Positions 13,564 to 25,289 are shown, numbered from the whole stretch's first letter. The stretch: 63,919 nt of DNA, filler included, from Octopus bimaculoides (GCF_001194135.2; 6 parts of 6 records of this genome joined end to end with filler, not necessarily neighbours in it), one strand, 5' to 3'. Notes: a model not told the origin generated them from the letters alone. Numbers and translations are program-made.

Positions 13564-13705
13564 GGCGCAGACCTGGGTGTGTGTTAAGAAACTTGCTTTA
13601 CAACTGCATGGGTCCTGTTCAGTTTCACTACGTGGCACCTTGGAGAAGTTTCTTCTGCTGTAGTCTTGGGCCGACCAAATCCTTGCGAGTGGATTTGGTA
13701 GTTGG
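13561..13705 (+). mobile_element. SINE family A, 5' half (runs into gap)
   Basis: ATAGGCGCAG..GTGTGTTAAGAAACTTGCT..GTTCAGTTTCACTACGTGGCACCTTGG..GGGCCGACCAAA..GAGTGGATTTGGTAG, a tRNA-like head plus core. Confidence 0.85.
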
Positions 13706-14789
13706 NNNNNNNNNNNNNNNNNNNNNNNNNNNNNNNNNNNNNNNNNNNNNNNNNNNNNNNNNNNNNNNNNNNNNNNNNNNNNNNNNNNNNNNNNNNNNNN
13801 NNNNNNNNNNNNNNNNNNNNNNNNNNNNNNNNNNNNNNNNNNNNNNNNNNNNNNNNNNNNNNNNNNNNNNNNNNNNNNNNNNNNNNNNNNNNNNNNNNNN
13901 NNNNNNNNNNNNNNNNNNNNNNNNNNNNNNNNNNNNNNNNNNNNNNNNNNNNNNNNNNNNNNNNNNNNNNNNNNNNNNNNNNNNNNNNNNNNNNNNNNNN
14001 NNNNNNNNNNNNNNNNNNNNNNNNNNNNNNNNNNNNNNNNNNNNNNNNNNNNNNNNNNNNNNNNNNNNNNNNNNNNNNNNNNNNNNNNNNNNNNNNNNNN
14101 NNNNNNNNNNAAAGTTGTGAAAAGTAACATCCTGCTCCTGATAAAATTGCATTCATTGTGTGGTTATTTTGATAAAAAGCACGTGGTTGAGATGAGAATG
14201 TAAATTCGATTATTTTCTAGTACGTAAATACAAATGTATATATATGGTGGTGCAGCTTTAGTGATCGTATGGGTATGTCTACATATTTGTATCTAAATAC
14301 TTAGGCTCATGGTGCTGCTGATAGCTGCATGTTTCTCATAACAGTTATCTCGAAATCTTTAACCTAAAAATCTTATATATTATTCATCATCTCTCCGTTT
14401 ACAGGTTGGTTTTTAGAGTCATTTGTTATCTATATCTAGAGTGTTGTAGCGCTCCCTTTAATATAATTATGTATATAACTATAAATTCAGTATGTAATAT
14501 TACCTACACGGTTTTTATTTCACACTGACCACTTGAAAAAATCGTTGAAGTGATTTTATCCTTTAGCTCTTTTAACTCACACACACACACACACACAGAC
14601 ACACACATACACACACAGACACACACACACACACACACACGCTTACATTTATGTATGTATATATTTGTGTGCGTGCGTCTGTGTTTGTCCCCCTGCCATC
14701 ACTTGACATGTGTATAGTACGTATGTATGCATGCTCTTTTCTTTCTCTTTTTAATTGAAAGTAAATTTTGATCGGCCACCTACTTGGTA

Positions 14790-16200
14790 GCAAGACTGTG
14801 AAGGAAAATATCTTATTTAAAACCATCATCCTTTAAATCTTAAGAAGATCTTGCAGATGTTTATAGTCCCTGATATCGTAATCATTTGAAGGATATGAAT
14901 TAAGGATTTGCATTCTCCCCACTAGATCCCAAGTTCACCCATACTTTTCCCCTCTGATACTAGATATAAAGCTGAATGTGTATTTGTGTGCTGGATTTGC
15001 AAACTTATAAATGGTCCATAGATATCTTCTTTCTCTTGTATTTTTCTGACCACATTCGTGTCCAGAGAGCAACTGAATTTCACAACAGAACACAGATTTT
15101 CTTTGTGGTTCCACACAAAGACATCGGGCCGATTGTGCTTTAACTTCGTGGCTGTTTTAATTTTTAAGTTCCACCAATATTCCTTTGACCCATCTCAATA
15201 TGGTCTTCAGTCTTTGTTTGTAAAGTCTACATTTGTATTGTGTCAACGTTTCCTGTCTTTTATGCTGTATGTACTTCGTAGGGATCTCTTGTTCTTGGAT
15301 TACACGGATGTGGCCTTCAAAGCAGGATGCAAAAACTTAGTGGTACATCATGCCAAACTTTTCACATGATCAATCCTTTCTATGGGTTTTGTTTTACATG
15401 CCAAGTATCCATGCAATATCTCCTCAGTAAACTGGTTTTCTCTAGTTCTGATAGATTTTACCAATGCTCATTGGGGAAAGATTTGTATCAACTCTTATTT
15501 CATATTTCTCCCCAAGTTCATTAACTGTCTTAACTATGATGTTGGTTTCATGCTCACAGACTTCAGTAAGATTGTTATGGGTCTCTTCCTTCTACTGCAA
15601 ATGCTGTTTAATTTTCCCAATCCGTGTTTCATATGGCAACTATACAGTTTGAAACCACGGCCACCATCCTTGCGTGGTAAGTATAGTCTGCCTATATTTC
15701 CATTGATGTTGAAGTTTTCTGTTATACAAAGTTTGTGGTGAGTTGGAGCATCTATCTCATTGTGTTCTTGCAGGAACCAAGAACATATGCGAGAGGACAG
15801 GCAATGCAAAGGTGTTGTGGGCAATATGCTTGCTATAAGCTGAGTGTTCTGATGACTTTACTTGCCTCAGATATTTATTTCTGGTCCACTCCTTAATTAT
15901 GGGTTCATGATATCTGATACTCTCATCTTGTCCGAGATAATTAATGTCAAGCCATTCAAACTTAGGTTTTCAGAGGAAGGCTTATTATTAATTGTTAAAA
16001 AATGTACATTTGGACTCACCAAATTTCATCCCAGTGTCTGTAGAAAATTAAGTTATAGGGGCAAATTGTTATTTGTTTTTATGTGTGCTTCCAATTGTTT
16101 AAGTCTGCAGATGTCGTCTCACTTCTATCTCCATACGACTTTCAGTAGATGGGACCACCAAGAGATTTCATACGTCACTGGATTATAATGATTAACTCTT
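14790..16200 (-). mobile_element. R4/Dong-like (RLE-type) non-LTR retrotransposon relic, RT C-terminus to RLE
   Basis: Minus-strand frames give FSTDTGMKFGESKC (RT 6-7), YLGQDESIRY, HIAHNTFALPVL, RLYLPRKDGGRG, IQEQEIPTKY..KCRL, VWNHKENLCSVVKFSCSLDTNVVRKIQEKEDIYG (RLE) and TISGTINICKIFLRFKG*. There are many stops and frameshifts. Confidence 0.85.
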
Positions 16201-16689
16201 CCACAACATAAATACCAGTCTCTGAGTCTTTGTGGTTAATACTTACTGACCGGTCGAACTGAGATGACCAGAAGTCACGTGAAATCGCAGGTTTTATATC
16301 AAAGTGTTCCACTATTAGAAAGATGCTGTAACAACAACTAGGAGACCTTCACTCCCAGTGGTTTTACTGTGAGCCTTACCACAAACCAACGGTATTTCTG
16401 AATCCCTGTGATAAATGGAATGTCATCACATATGTTACTTACTACAGATCAGAGTAGGCCTGGGAACAATAGTGACTAAGATGTGATTCCACACTTCTCC
16501 AGGCCCTGGATTTATTTTTTCAGCCTTCACCAAAACGCTAAATTTGGGGAAATAAACAAACCAACCAGTTGTCAAGCGGTGCAATGGACAAATATAGATA
16601 CATCCACAGACACACAGAGACAAACACATAAACACACACATATATACGCGTGTTTTATCGTTATGCTTCCCTCCACCCTACCACCAATA

Positions 16690-18205
16690 GAGTAATTACT
16701 AGATTTAGAAATAAGGCTGATCTCAGAATATTCTCTGCATTCAATAAAACAGTGACCCACACTGTGTTTGAAGTACCGGTACTCATACCAAAATTTGAGT
16801 TGCTTGATTGGACGTTTGAAGAGACCCGAGTTATTGACGCGAAAACCCGGAAAGTACCAACAAGTATATAGAATTTCCACATAAATACAGACGTAGACTA
16901 CCCTCTACCTAAAACAAAAACAAGGTGGCAAAGGCTTAACGTCCAACCCAGATGCCTTTGAATGTCGTATTGTATACTTTCGGCAACATCATTTAACCAC
17001 CAAGTGTCGAAGTGAATCCCTTGACCAAGTTTGCATATTTGAGGCTGATAATATCATAAGACTTGAAAGGCAGCTACTTGAGCAGCATTCCTTGTCTAAT
17101 AACCTTTAATACATGCCCAAATAAGTCGCACGACTCTACCGCAACGTATCATCAGATGACAGGATGAGCATGCATAAGCAGAAGACCATGGATCGATATG
17201 TTAGAAAGTTCCGAGGTGATATTAACTTTGTCCATCAAAGCAGTCTATCATGGACCAATAACCGGATTACTAACTCCTATTTTGAAAGGTATGTGTTTGC
17301 AATCTAGGACTAGGAAATACCAACTAAATACTTGTTACACAAAAGGGATTGAGATGCAGAAAAAGCAGTAAAATGTGACAACCGATACAGACTTTGTAGA
17401 GTTAACACCAAAACTATCACACACATCATAAGCAGTTGTCCGAAAATGCCATCACTGTATTATGTACCAATGAGACATGATGTTTTAGCTAGGATAGTAT
17501 ATAACGAATACGTCGGAAGGATAACCACGATGACAAAGAAATAAGAACCGACAGTATGGTAGAAGCCATAGTCGCTCATGATAAAGAGTATTGGTCGAAT
17601 GTCCCAGTGAAAATCTCAATAAATTGTATGCACAACAGACCTGATATAATGATTCGGTATAGAGAAGAAAACCTGTGTACAGTTGTGGAAATTAGCTGTC
17701 CAGCGGATGTTAACATAAAGCTGAAGATCAGTGAGAAAGAGAATACCTACGCTGAACTATTGAGAAATTTGCAGTTATTCTATCCAGATTACAAGTTCAG
17801 ACCTAAACCTTTAATTATTGGAACACTGGAATATGTATCACATTACCTAAATATCAATCACGAGAAATTAGGCTTCTCAAAACCGGTAGTAGAAAGCTGA
17901 TTTAAAGAGAAAATATCCAATTCATCAATGGAACAGAAAAAGGCTGTAAAACTTTCGTGAAGTTTATCCTTTAAGTATATATGAGCATGTCTAGATATTC
18001 AAGTGCATGCATGAGAAGACATACATAAAATTAAACATACAAAGCTGCACGTATACATACATACATACTTACATACATACATACATGCATACATGCATAC
18101 AAACATACCCTGTCGAAGGAGCCTTCGATCTAGGATAGAAACCAGTTCTTTCTCTATTAACAAGAAATCTTGAAATAAAACTGAATAATGACATACCTAC
18201 ACACA
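16690..18205 (+). mobile_element. 5'-truncated R4/Dong-like non-LTR retrotransposon with 3' UTR
   Basis: SAFNKTVTHTVFEVPVLIPKFELLDWT..IDAKTRK, then KCDNRYRLCRVNTKTITHIISSCP..RHD (CCHC region), then NRPDIMIRYREENLCTVVEISCPADVNIKLKISEKENTY (PD..E RLE; ORF 17556-17900). The 3' UTR ends AAACTGAATAATGA-(CATA)n. Confidence 0.9.
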
Positions 18206-18241
18206 TACATACATCATGCATGCATGCATACATACATACAT

Positions 18242-18280
<39 letters not shown>

Positions 18281-19235
18281 NNNNNNNNNNNNNNNNNNNN
18301 NNNNNNNNNNNNNNNNNNNNNNNNNNNNNNNNNNNNNNNNNNNNNNNNNNNNNNNNNNNNNNNNNNNNNNNNNNNNNNNNNNNNNNNNNNNNNNNNNNNN
18401 NNNNNNNNNNNNNNNNNNNNNNNNNNNNNNNNNNNNNNNNNNNNNNNNNNNNNNNNNNNNNNNNNNNNNNNNNNNNNNNNNNNNNNNNNNNNNNNNNNNN
18501 NNNNNNNNNNNNNNNNNNNNNNNNNNNNNNNNNNNNNNNNNNNNNNNNNNNNNNNNNNNNNNNNNNNNNNNNNNNNNNNNNNNNNNNNNNNNNNNNNNNN
18601 NNNNNNNNNNNNNNNNNNNNNNNNNNNNNNNNNNNNNNNNNNNNNNNNNNNNNNNNNNNNNNNNNNNNNNNNNNNNNNNNNNNNNNNNNNNNNNNNNNNN
18701 NNNNNNNNNNNNNNNNNNNNNNNNNNNNNNNNNNNNNNNNNNNNNNNNNNNNNNNNNNNNNNNNNNNNNNNNNNNNNNNNNNNNNNNNNNNNNNNNNNNN
18801 NNNNNNNNNNNNNNNNNNNNNNNNNNNNNNNNNNNNNNNNNNNNNNNNNNNNNNNNNNNNNNNNNNNNNNNNNNNNNNNNNNNNNNNNNNNNNNNNNNNN
18901 NNNNNNNNNNNNNNNNNNNNNNNNNNNNNNNNNNNNNNNNNNNNNNNNNNNNNNNNNNNNNNNNNNNNNNNNNNNNNNNNNNNNNNNNNNNNNNNNNNNN
19001 NNNNNNNNNNNNNNNNNNNNNNNNNNNNNNNNNNNNNNNNNNNNNNNNNNNNNNNNNNNNNNNNNNNNNNNNNNNNNNNNNNNNNNNNNNNNNNNNNNNN
19101 NNNNNNNNNNNNNNNNNNNNNNNNNNNNNNNNNNNNNNNNNNNNNNNNNNNNNNNNNNNNNNNNNNNNNNNNNNNNNNNNNNNNNNNNNNNNNNNNNNNN
19201 NNNNNNNNNNNNNNNNNNNNNNNNNNNNNNNNNNN

Positions 19236-19413
19236 ATACATATATACGACGGGCGTCTTTTAGTTTCCTTCTACCAAATCCACTCACAAGGCTTTGGTCA
19301 GCCCGAAGCTACAGTAGAAGACACTTGCCCAAGGTACCACGCAGTGGGACTGAACCCGGAACCATGTGGTTGATAAGCAAGCTATTTACCACACAGCCAC
19401 TCCTGCGCCTATA
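19236..19413 (-). mobile_element. SINE family A, well-preserved 5' half
   Basis: Minus strand ATAGGCGCAGGAGTGGCTGTGTGGTAAATAGCTTGC..CCGGGTTCAGTCCCACTGCGTGG has an A-box-like TGGCTGTGTGG and a B-box-like GGTTCAGTCC, followed by the core. Confidence 0.9.
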
Positions 19414-20293
19414 TGTATGAAATATGTATGAAATAGTAACTTCTAACACATCATAATATTTATTAACAATTCATTGGGCGGGACTTCTTTGCAGTAAATA
19501 TTTTGATTACAGAGAACTCAATCAGCGGAAGAGGTCGATTATATTTTTCAATACATTGTCTGAAAGGCCAGAGCTTTAAAATCTATTTATACGACTAATT
19601 TTGTAGCTCTTTTCAATAACAATATCATTGTAACACTTCACCTCTCAAACTCTGATCATTGTATATGTCGACATTACGTCTACGAATGCTTTTTGTATGT
19701 TTATGCAGGGATTTCACACATGTTAAATGTTTTAATATGGCATGAGTTTCTCTTACAATTTATGATTATCACGCAAAAAGTATGTTCTTTTACAATACTT
19801 CTTGTAATATAAGAATGATTTTGTTATATAATATGCTGTTATGTAATATGTGTTGCAGCATTCGTGTTTAGTTCTGTATCAATACTATTAATCCGCTTGT
19901 ATGTTTTCGTATTATGTGTGTTACCATCGAAATCATGAAAGAATATTATTGGTCCAGTTGGGTACTATATGAATTTTTAAGGAGATAAAGTGTTTATAAA
20001 TCGGCACAATACCAACAAACTATGTTACGGTAACAGATCTGATCCGAATGCAACATTACATAGTTCATACCTATTCTATGTGCTTTCCGGTCTTCAGAAT
20101 GGAACATAAAACTAACTAAGTAACAACAGTGTTGATATTTGGATGCAAACAGGAAATAAAACTTTAAAACTGATTTTGCCAGTCATTCTACCTGTTATTT
20201 CTCAGTTATAATATCTGCAGAGTCACCAGAATGATAGAGTATTGCCGAGAGACAATAGTATAGATTTAGGAAGGTTTACCAACTTATCTATAA

Positions 20294-20618
20294 TCTTTTA
20301 CTTATTTTAATCAGTAGATTGCAGTCATGCCGGAACACCAACATGAGACACTGCTTTTGAGGCCTGGTAATTATTCTATCGATTACTTTCGTGGAACCAC
20401 TAAGTTACGAGGATGTAAACACACTAAGACCGGTTGTGGAGAAAAACACGTACGCGCACGCACACACACACAAACACACACACATATACGTCCACCAAAT
20501 CCACCCACAAGGCTTTGCTCAACCGGAGGCTATAGTAAAAGACACTTGCTTATGGTATCACTGAATCCGGAGCCATGTGAGCGGGAAGCAAACTTCTTAC
20601 CACACAGCTACGCTTATG
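20294..20618 (-). mobile_element. SINE family A, full length, diverged
   Basis: Tail (TCTTTTACTT..CAGT..ATGCCGGAACACC), internal (CA)n, core and head are in the correct order. Confidence 0.8.
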
Positions 20619-20949
20619 TGTTTCTAAAATGCATTTACTCTATTTGAGAAATAGAATACTGTACTAAATATAAGTATTAACCGATTACAGAAACTTTTTT
20701 GAATATAGCTTGGCAATATTAATTTTCATGCTAATGAAATTTCGTAATAGCTGTATTGATAAAATAAAATTTAAAAAAAAGGAAAATAGAGTTGGCATAA
20801 ATTTTACAATAAACACTCTACTTAGGTACAAGTCATTTGATAAAAATGTCCACAGATAAGCTACAGAAACGCACAAACAGGCTCTCTCACTCTTTCTCTG
20901 TCTGACACATACACATTATCATTAGAACACTATCACTAGGTTTCAAAAC

Positions 20950-21262
20950 GATGACACGGAGTGGTACTTTTGTTATACAAGCGTGTATCACTGTCATCCA
21001 ATGACGCAAAGATATCTCTTCAAGTTGACTTCATTTGTCATCCTATCTATGATGGTGATAGAAGAGTGACAACGTGTGCAGAACTAACCAGTTGGAAGCG
21101 CACTGTAAATTATCACCTTTGATTCTCAACTATGCTTCAAACCATACAAATCTACAACAGAACTGAATAGTCATCTGAGAAGTCATGGATGGAAAGTCAG
21201 AAATGCCACTGATAACGAGGAAGGACAAGAACACGTCAGTCGTCTGAGGAGATGAAGTAATT
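20950..21262 (+). mobile_element. Possible RTE-clade LINE 3' fragment
   Basis: One frame reads CFKPYKSTTELNSHLRSHG, resembling the C-terminal C..S..GL.SH.R.H motif of RTE ORFs, followed by a short UTR and (TATG)n. Single weak motif. Confidence 0.4.
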
Positions 21263-22481
21263 ACCATGTATGTGTGTATGTATGTATGTATGTATGCGTG
21301 CATGTATATTCTTTCCTTACTTTCTTAGTCCATCCTGTTAAACCTCACTCGGTTCTATCGGAAAGACCATTGTTATCTCAAAGGATTAGACACCCTGTTC
21401 TTTCCTGCTACTGGCAGTAACTTGTGTCTTCAAGGATCTGAGACGCCTACATCATGGGCGATCGACTATTTCTGCTATTTTAGAACTCTTGACGAAACAG
21501 CAGCTCATATTCTTCTTATTTTGGTTCGGTTTCCGCTCTGAATAGTTAGAATTAAACTTGTGAGTGCTTTGCCACACCTCATTTGTAATATCTATTGTAT
21601 ACTTTGAAAAGTACGATGAAGTTTGTTTCGCAAAATCATATATGAAATTATATCTTCAAATGCCAAAATAAGTTTTAAAATGTTATCGTCATAAGACGTT
21701 GCTAACGTCTTAAAAGGTTGTTAACTTCATGATTTATAAACTTCCGAGAGAAGATAAAAAATTTGAATTTTTTCTTTTTGGTCAATGGAACTCGAAGCAC
21801 TCATAAATTAAAAATAGTAGTAATGGACAAGAAGCCCCTTTCATTCTTTTAAATGATAGCCATATCTTACTGCAAACATACTGAAGGGTTCTCCGGTTGA
21901 TGCTAATTCACTATCGTATTACCTCTCTTTATCTGAGATATTGCCCAATGTCTCAGATATGTTGTGTCACTTATTATCCAATGTTTTTAAAACATTTTGC
22001 TCTAAACTAGAAGGGTAGGAGTAGAATGCACGATTTTATATTTTCAGAATTTGAATGCTATCTGTTTGAATTTTAAAATTTCTTTGAAATATGTCTCATA
22101 ACAGCAACCACGACATAAAGTTATGTAATACAAACATTACAAAGGAATCTACAACTGCTAAGTAAATATATAATATAGCGTCTCGAGGATAACAATTAGC
22201 AAACAAATAATTATAAGTAGTTAAAATTTAATACTTTCATCGGAGACACCGTTCTGAAGGTGTGGTAAGCAAAAAATACAACAGACTAACATTGAACCCG
22301 AAACAAATTTAATGGAACAGAACTACTCATGCAATCAGCCATGTATAGAAATTATGCAACTCACTGCAGTCAGAATGTCGCAATGTACACGTACAACGTT
22401 AGCGTTACAACTGTCATATTAAAAACGTATAATATCCATGTAATCTCCATATAATCGGACATTGAATACATATACTGATTT

Positions 22482-22608
22482 AAAATTTTAGTTCAAGGTT
22501 AACAATTTCTGGAAAGGAGGTAAATCGATTGCATCGACTCCAGTGCACAAGTTGTACTTATTTTATCGACACCGAAAATATGAAAGGCAAAGTCAACCTC
22601 GGCGGAAA
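22482..22608 (-). mobile_element. SINE family B, 3' half
   Basis: AATCGATTGCATCGACTCCAGTG..GTACTTATTTTATCGACACCGAAA..TGAAAGGCAAAGTCAACCTCGGCGGAA matches 24384-24620. Confidence 0.75.
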
Positions 22609-23269
22609 TAATGTATATTATTATCTATATTACAAAGGTTTACACAAATATTAACTATATGAAGGTATTAAAAATATATAAATATTCTTAGACAAGATGT
22701 CTCCATAGAAAATAAGCAGAATCTGATGGATGGAGTTCTATATGATACATAATTGCGTGAGACTATCAACTCACACTTACTAGTAATCAAGAGAGTTAAT
22801 TGAAAATGAAAACAATTTCTCTGGGTGTACATAGAATATGTGACAAATATTATCGAAACTTATTGGTTTTCAATGTGTTAATCACTTGTTTCGATGGCGA
22901 GGATAATGAGAGAACGTCGCCGGTTTTTCGATTCTTCGCCGACGTATGTTGGGAAAATTTATACACATATTGCCATACGTATATACATACAAATGCGAGT
23001 GTGTATGAGTGAGTATATATACATATATACATATATATATGTATATATATATATATATGTATGTATGTGCGTGTGTGTGTGTGTGTATATTCATATGCAT
23101 GTATGTATATATTTTCATATATGTATATGTCAAGACTTGTGTGGGAAGGATTTTCCTTAAATAAATAGACAAACCTTTCACACATATCCACATATAGATA
23201 CAGGCAATTATTTAACAGTCACAGCCTAATAGTCTTCTTTAGTTGTGCACCTCACATAAAAAGCATTAA

Positions 23270-24180
23270 ACAAGTACTCACAATACATGGAAGGAGGCAG
23301 GTTGTTCTTGCAGTGTATATAATAACTGTCTAGTAGGAGGCCAATGCGAGGCTCAAGGAGTCATCAATGAAGCTACGGTGAAAACTAGACCTGCTACACT
23401 TATTACCAGCTATGTACCATCCAACAGTAATATTAGCAGATTAACCAGATCTCACGCCAGTACAGTCGCCAATGCAAAAGATCATAACCAGTTTGGAACC
23501 AGCGTCATAGAGAACATAACCGATGACCCCAGTATCCCGCCACAAATCTTTAACAAACCATTATCATAGACACAGACAGAGTGACCAGCCCCGCACCATA
23601 TGTTACCACGAGTACAATCGCCATATTGCACCATATATAGCACAAGTATAATCGCCAGGACCGACGACACAGAGGAGGTATCCGGCGTTTGCAGTACCAC
23701 ACCACAGATGATGATTAAACAATTATCATCGACACCAATGGGATGGCTGACTCCGTACCATTTACTACCGGTCGGACCCGCACTAAACGCCAGCAGCTAC
23801 ATCGCCAACCACATGACCAGTAGTGAAAACCATGGCGATAACCTGGCTGGATATATCGTGTTGCCAACAGCATCTCCAGACCCGGAGTCTGTTAGAGATA
23901 TACCAGGAGTGCGAATTTAGCCACATCCCAAGATGTAAATATATCGGATCGGCCACTACATCTTTCAAACACCGCTACCGCAATACCAGTTATCCTTCAA
24001 AGTCCCAGAAAGACGGTTTGTCACGTCCCTGGACCGCCATGTGTGGCACCTCAAAGATAAAGGACCCCATATGATATCAGGTAGAAAATAATAGATCATC
24101 CAGGCCTATATAGTAATGGGAGTGGCCATTGCAAAATCTGCATCGTGGAGAGAGCCAAAATTCTTAAGGACTATACTAAA
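23270..24180 (+). mobile_element. Penelope-like element relic (GIY-YIG endonuclease region)
   Basis: GCSCSVYNNCLVGGQCEAQGVINEATVKT at about 23300, then KYIGSATTSFKHRYRN, SLDRHVWHLKDK and SNGSGHCKICIVERAKIL. This matches the PLE GIY-YIG pattern CNC..CPL.G.C..VIY.A..YIG.T..FK.RY.NH..W.LK..C.LC..EK. Confidence 0.8.
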
Positions 24181-24196
24181 CTTGGCACGTTAAATA

Positions 24197-24383
24197 CTTT
24201 TATACTCTAGGCACAAGGCCCGAAATTTTGAGGGAGGCGGCCAGTCGATTAGATGGACCCCAGTACACAACTTAATTTATCGACCCCGAAACGAAGAAAG
24301 GCAAAGTCGACCTTGGCGGTATTTGAACTCAGAACGTAAAGACAGACGAAATTCCGACAAGCATTTCGCACGGCATGTTAATG
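24197..24383 (-). mobile_element. SINE family B (tail variant ...GGCCTTGTGCCTAGAGTA)
   Basis: Shares the core ATCGACCCCGAAA..AAAGGCAAAGTCGACC..TTTGAACTCAGAACGTAA with the adjacent copy but has a different tail. Confidence 0.85.
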
Positions 24384-24620
24384 TTTCTTATTTCTTCATT
24401 GCCCACAAGGGGCTAAACAAAGAGGGGACAAACAAGGACAGACAAAGGGATTAAGTCGATTACATCGACCCCAGTGCGTAACTGGTACTTAATTTATCGA
24501 CCCCGAAAGGATGAAAGGCAAAGTCGACCTCATCGGATTTGAACTCAGAACGTAACGGCAGATGAAATACCGCTAAGCATTTCGCCCAGCGTGCTAACGG
24601 TTCTGCCAGCTCGCTGCCTT
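24384..24620 (-). mobile_element. SINE family B, full length (tail ...CCCCTTGTGGGCAATGAAGAAATAAGAAA)
   Basis: Minus-strand head GGCAGCGAGCTGGCAGAACCGTTAG (A-box-like) .. GAGTTCAAATCC (B-box), then core and tail. Confidence 0.9.
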
Positions 24621-25289
24621 ACCTGGCGCGTTAAATGCCTGTAGTGAAGTTTTCTTTAAATATGTCCACTTCAAATACTACCTACTGGACAATTAACACT
24701 CCCCATTAGNNNNNNNNNNNNNNNNNNNNNNNNNNNNNNNNNNNNNNNNNNNNNNNNNNNNNNNNNNNNNNNNNNNNNNNNNNNNNNNNNNNNNNNNNNN
24801 NNNNNNNNNNNNNNNNNNNNNNNNNNNNNNNNNNNNNNNNNNNNNNNNNNNNNNNNNNNNNNNNNNNNNNNNNNNNNNNNNNNNNNNNNNNNNNNNNNNN
24901 NNNNNNNNNNNNNNNNNNNNNNNNNNNNNNNNNNNNNNNNNNNNNNNNNNNNNNNNNNNNNNNNNNNNNNNNNNNNNNNNNNNNNNNNNNNNNNNNNNNN
25001 NNNNNNNNNNNNNNNNNNNNNNNNNNNNNNNNNNNNNNNNNNNNNNNNNNNNNNNNNNNNNNNNNNNNNNNNNNNNNNNNNNNNNNNNNNNNNNNNNNNN
25101 NNNNNNNNNNNNNNNNNNNNNNNNNNNNNNNNNNNNNNNNNNNNNNNNNNNNNNNNNNNNNNNNNNNNNNNNNNNNNNNNNNNNNNNNNNNNNNNNGAGA
25201 GAGACAGACAGACAGACAGAGAAAGAGAGAGAGAGAGATATGAATCGTTACATTTTTTTTGTCTATTACACTCCTCCACTCAATATTTC

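Noticed and set aside
17556-17900. 114-aa ORF as a standalone nuclease gene
   Set aside because: It is the RLE domain of a stop-riddled R4/Dong-like retrotransposon.
19330-19413. tRNA genes at A/B-box-bearing sequences (also about 24540-24620, 28240-28310, 33770-33850)
   Set aside because: They continue into SINE cores and do not form complete cloverleaves, so they are SINE heads.
21931-21958. 12-bp hairpin ATCTGAGATATT-GCCC-AATGTCTCAGAT
   Set aside because: It is an isolated short stem, too small for a pre-miRNA, with no supporting context.
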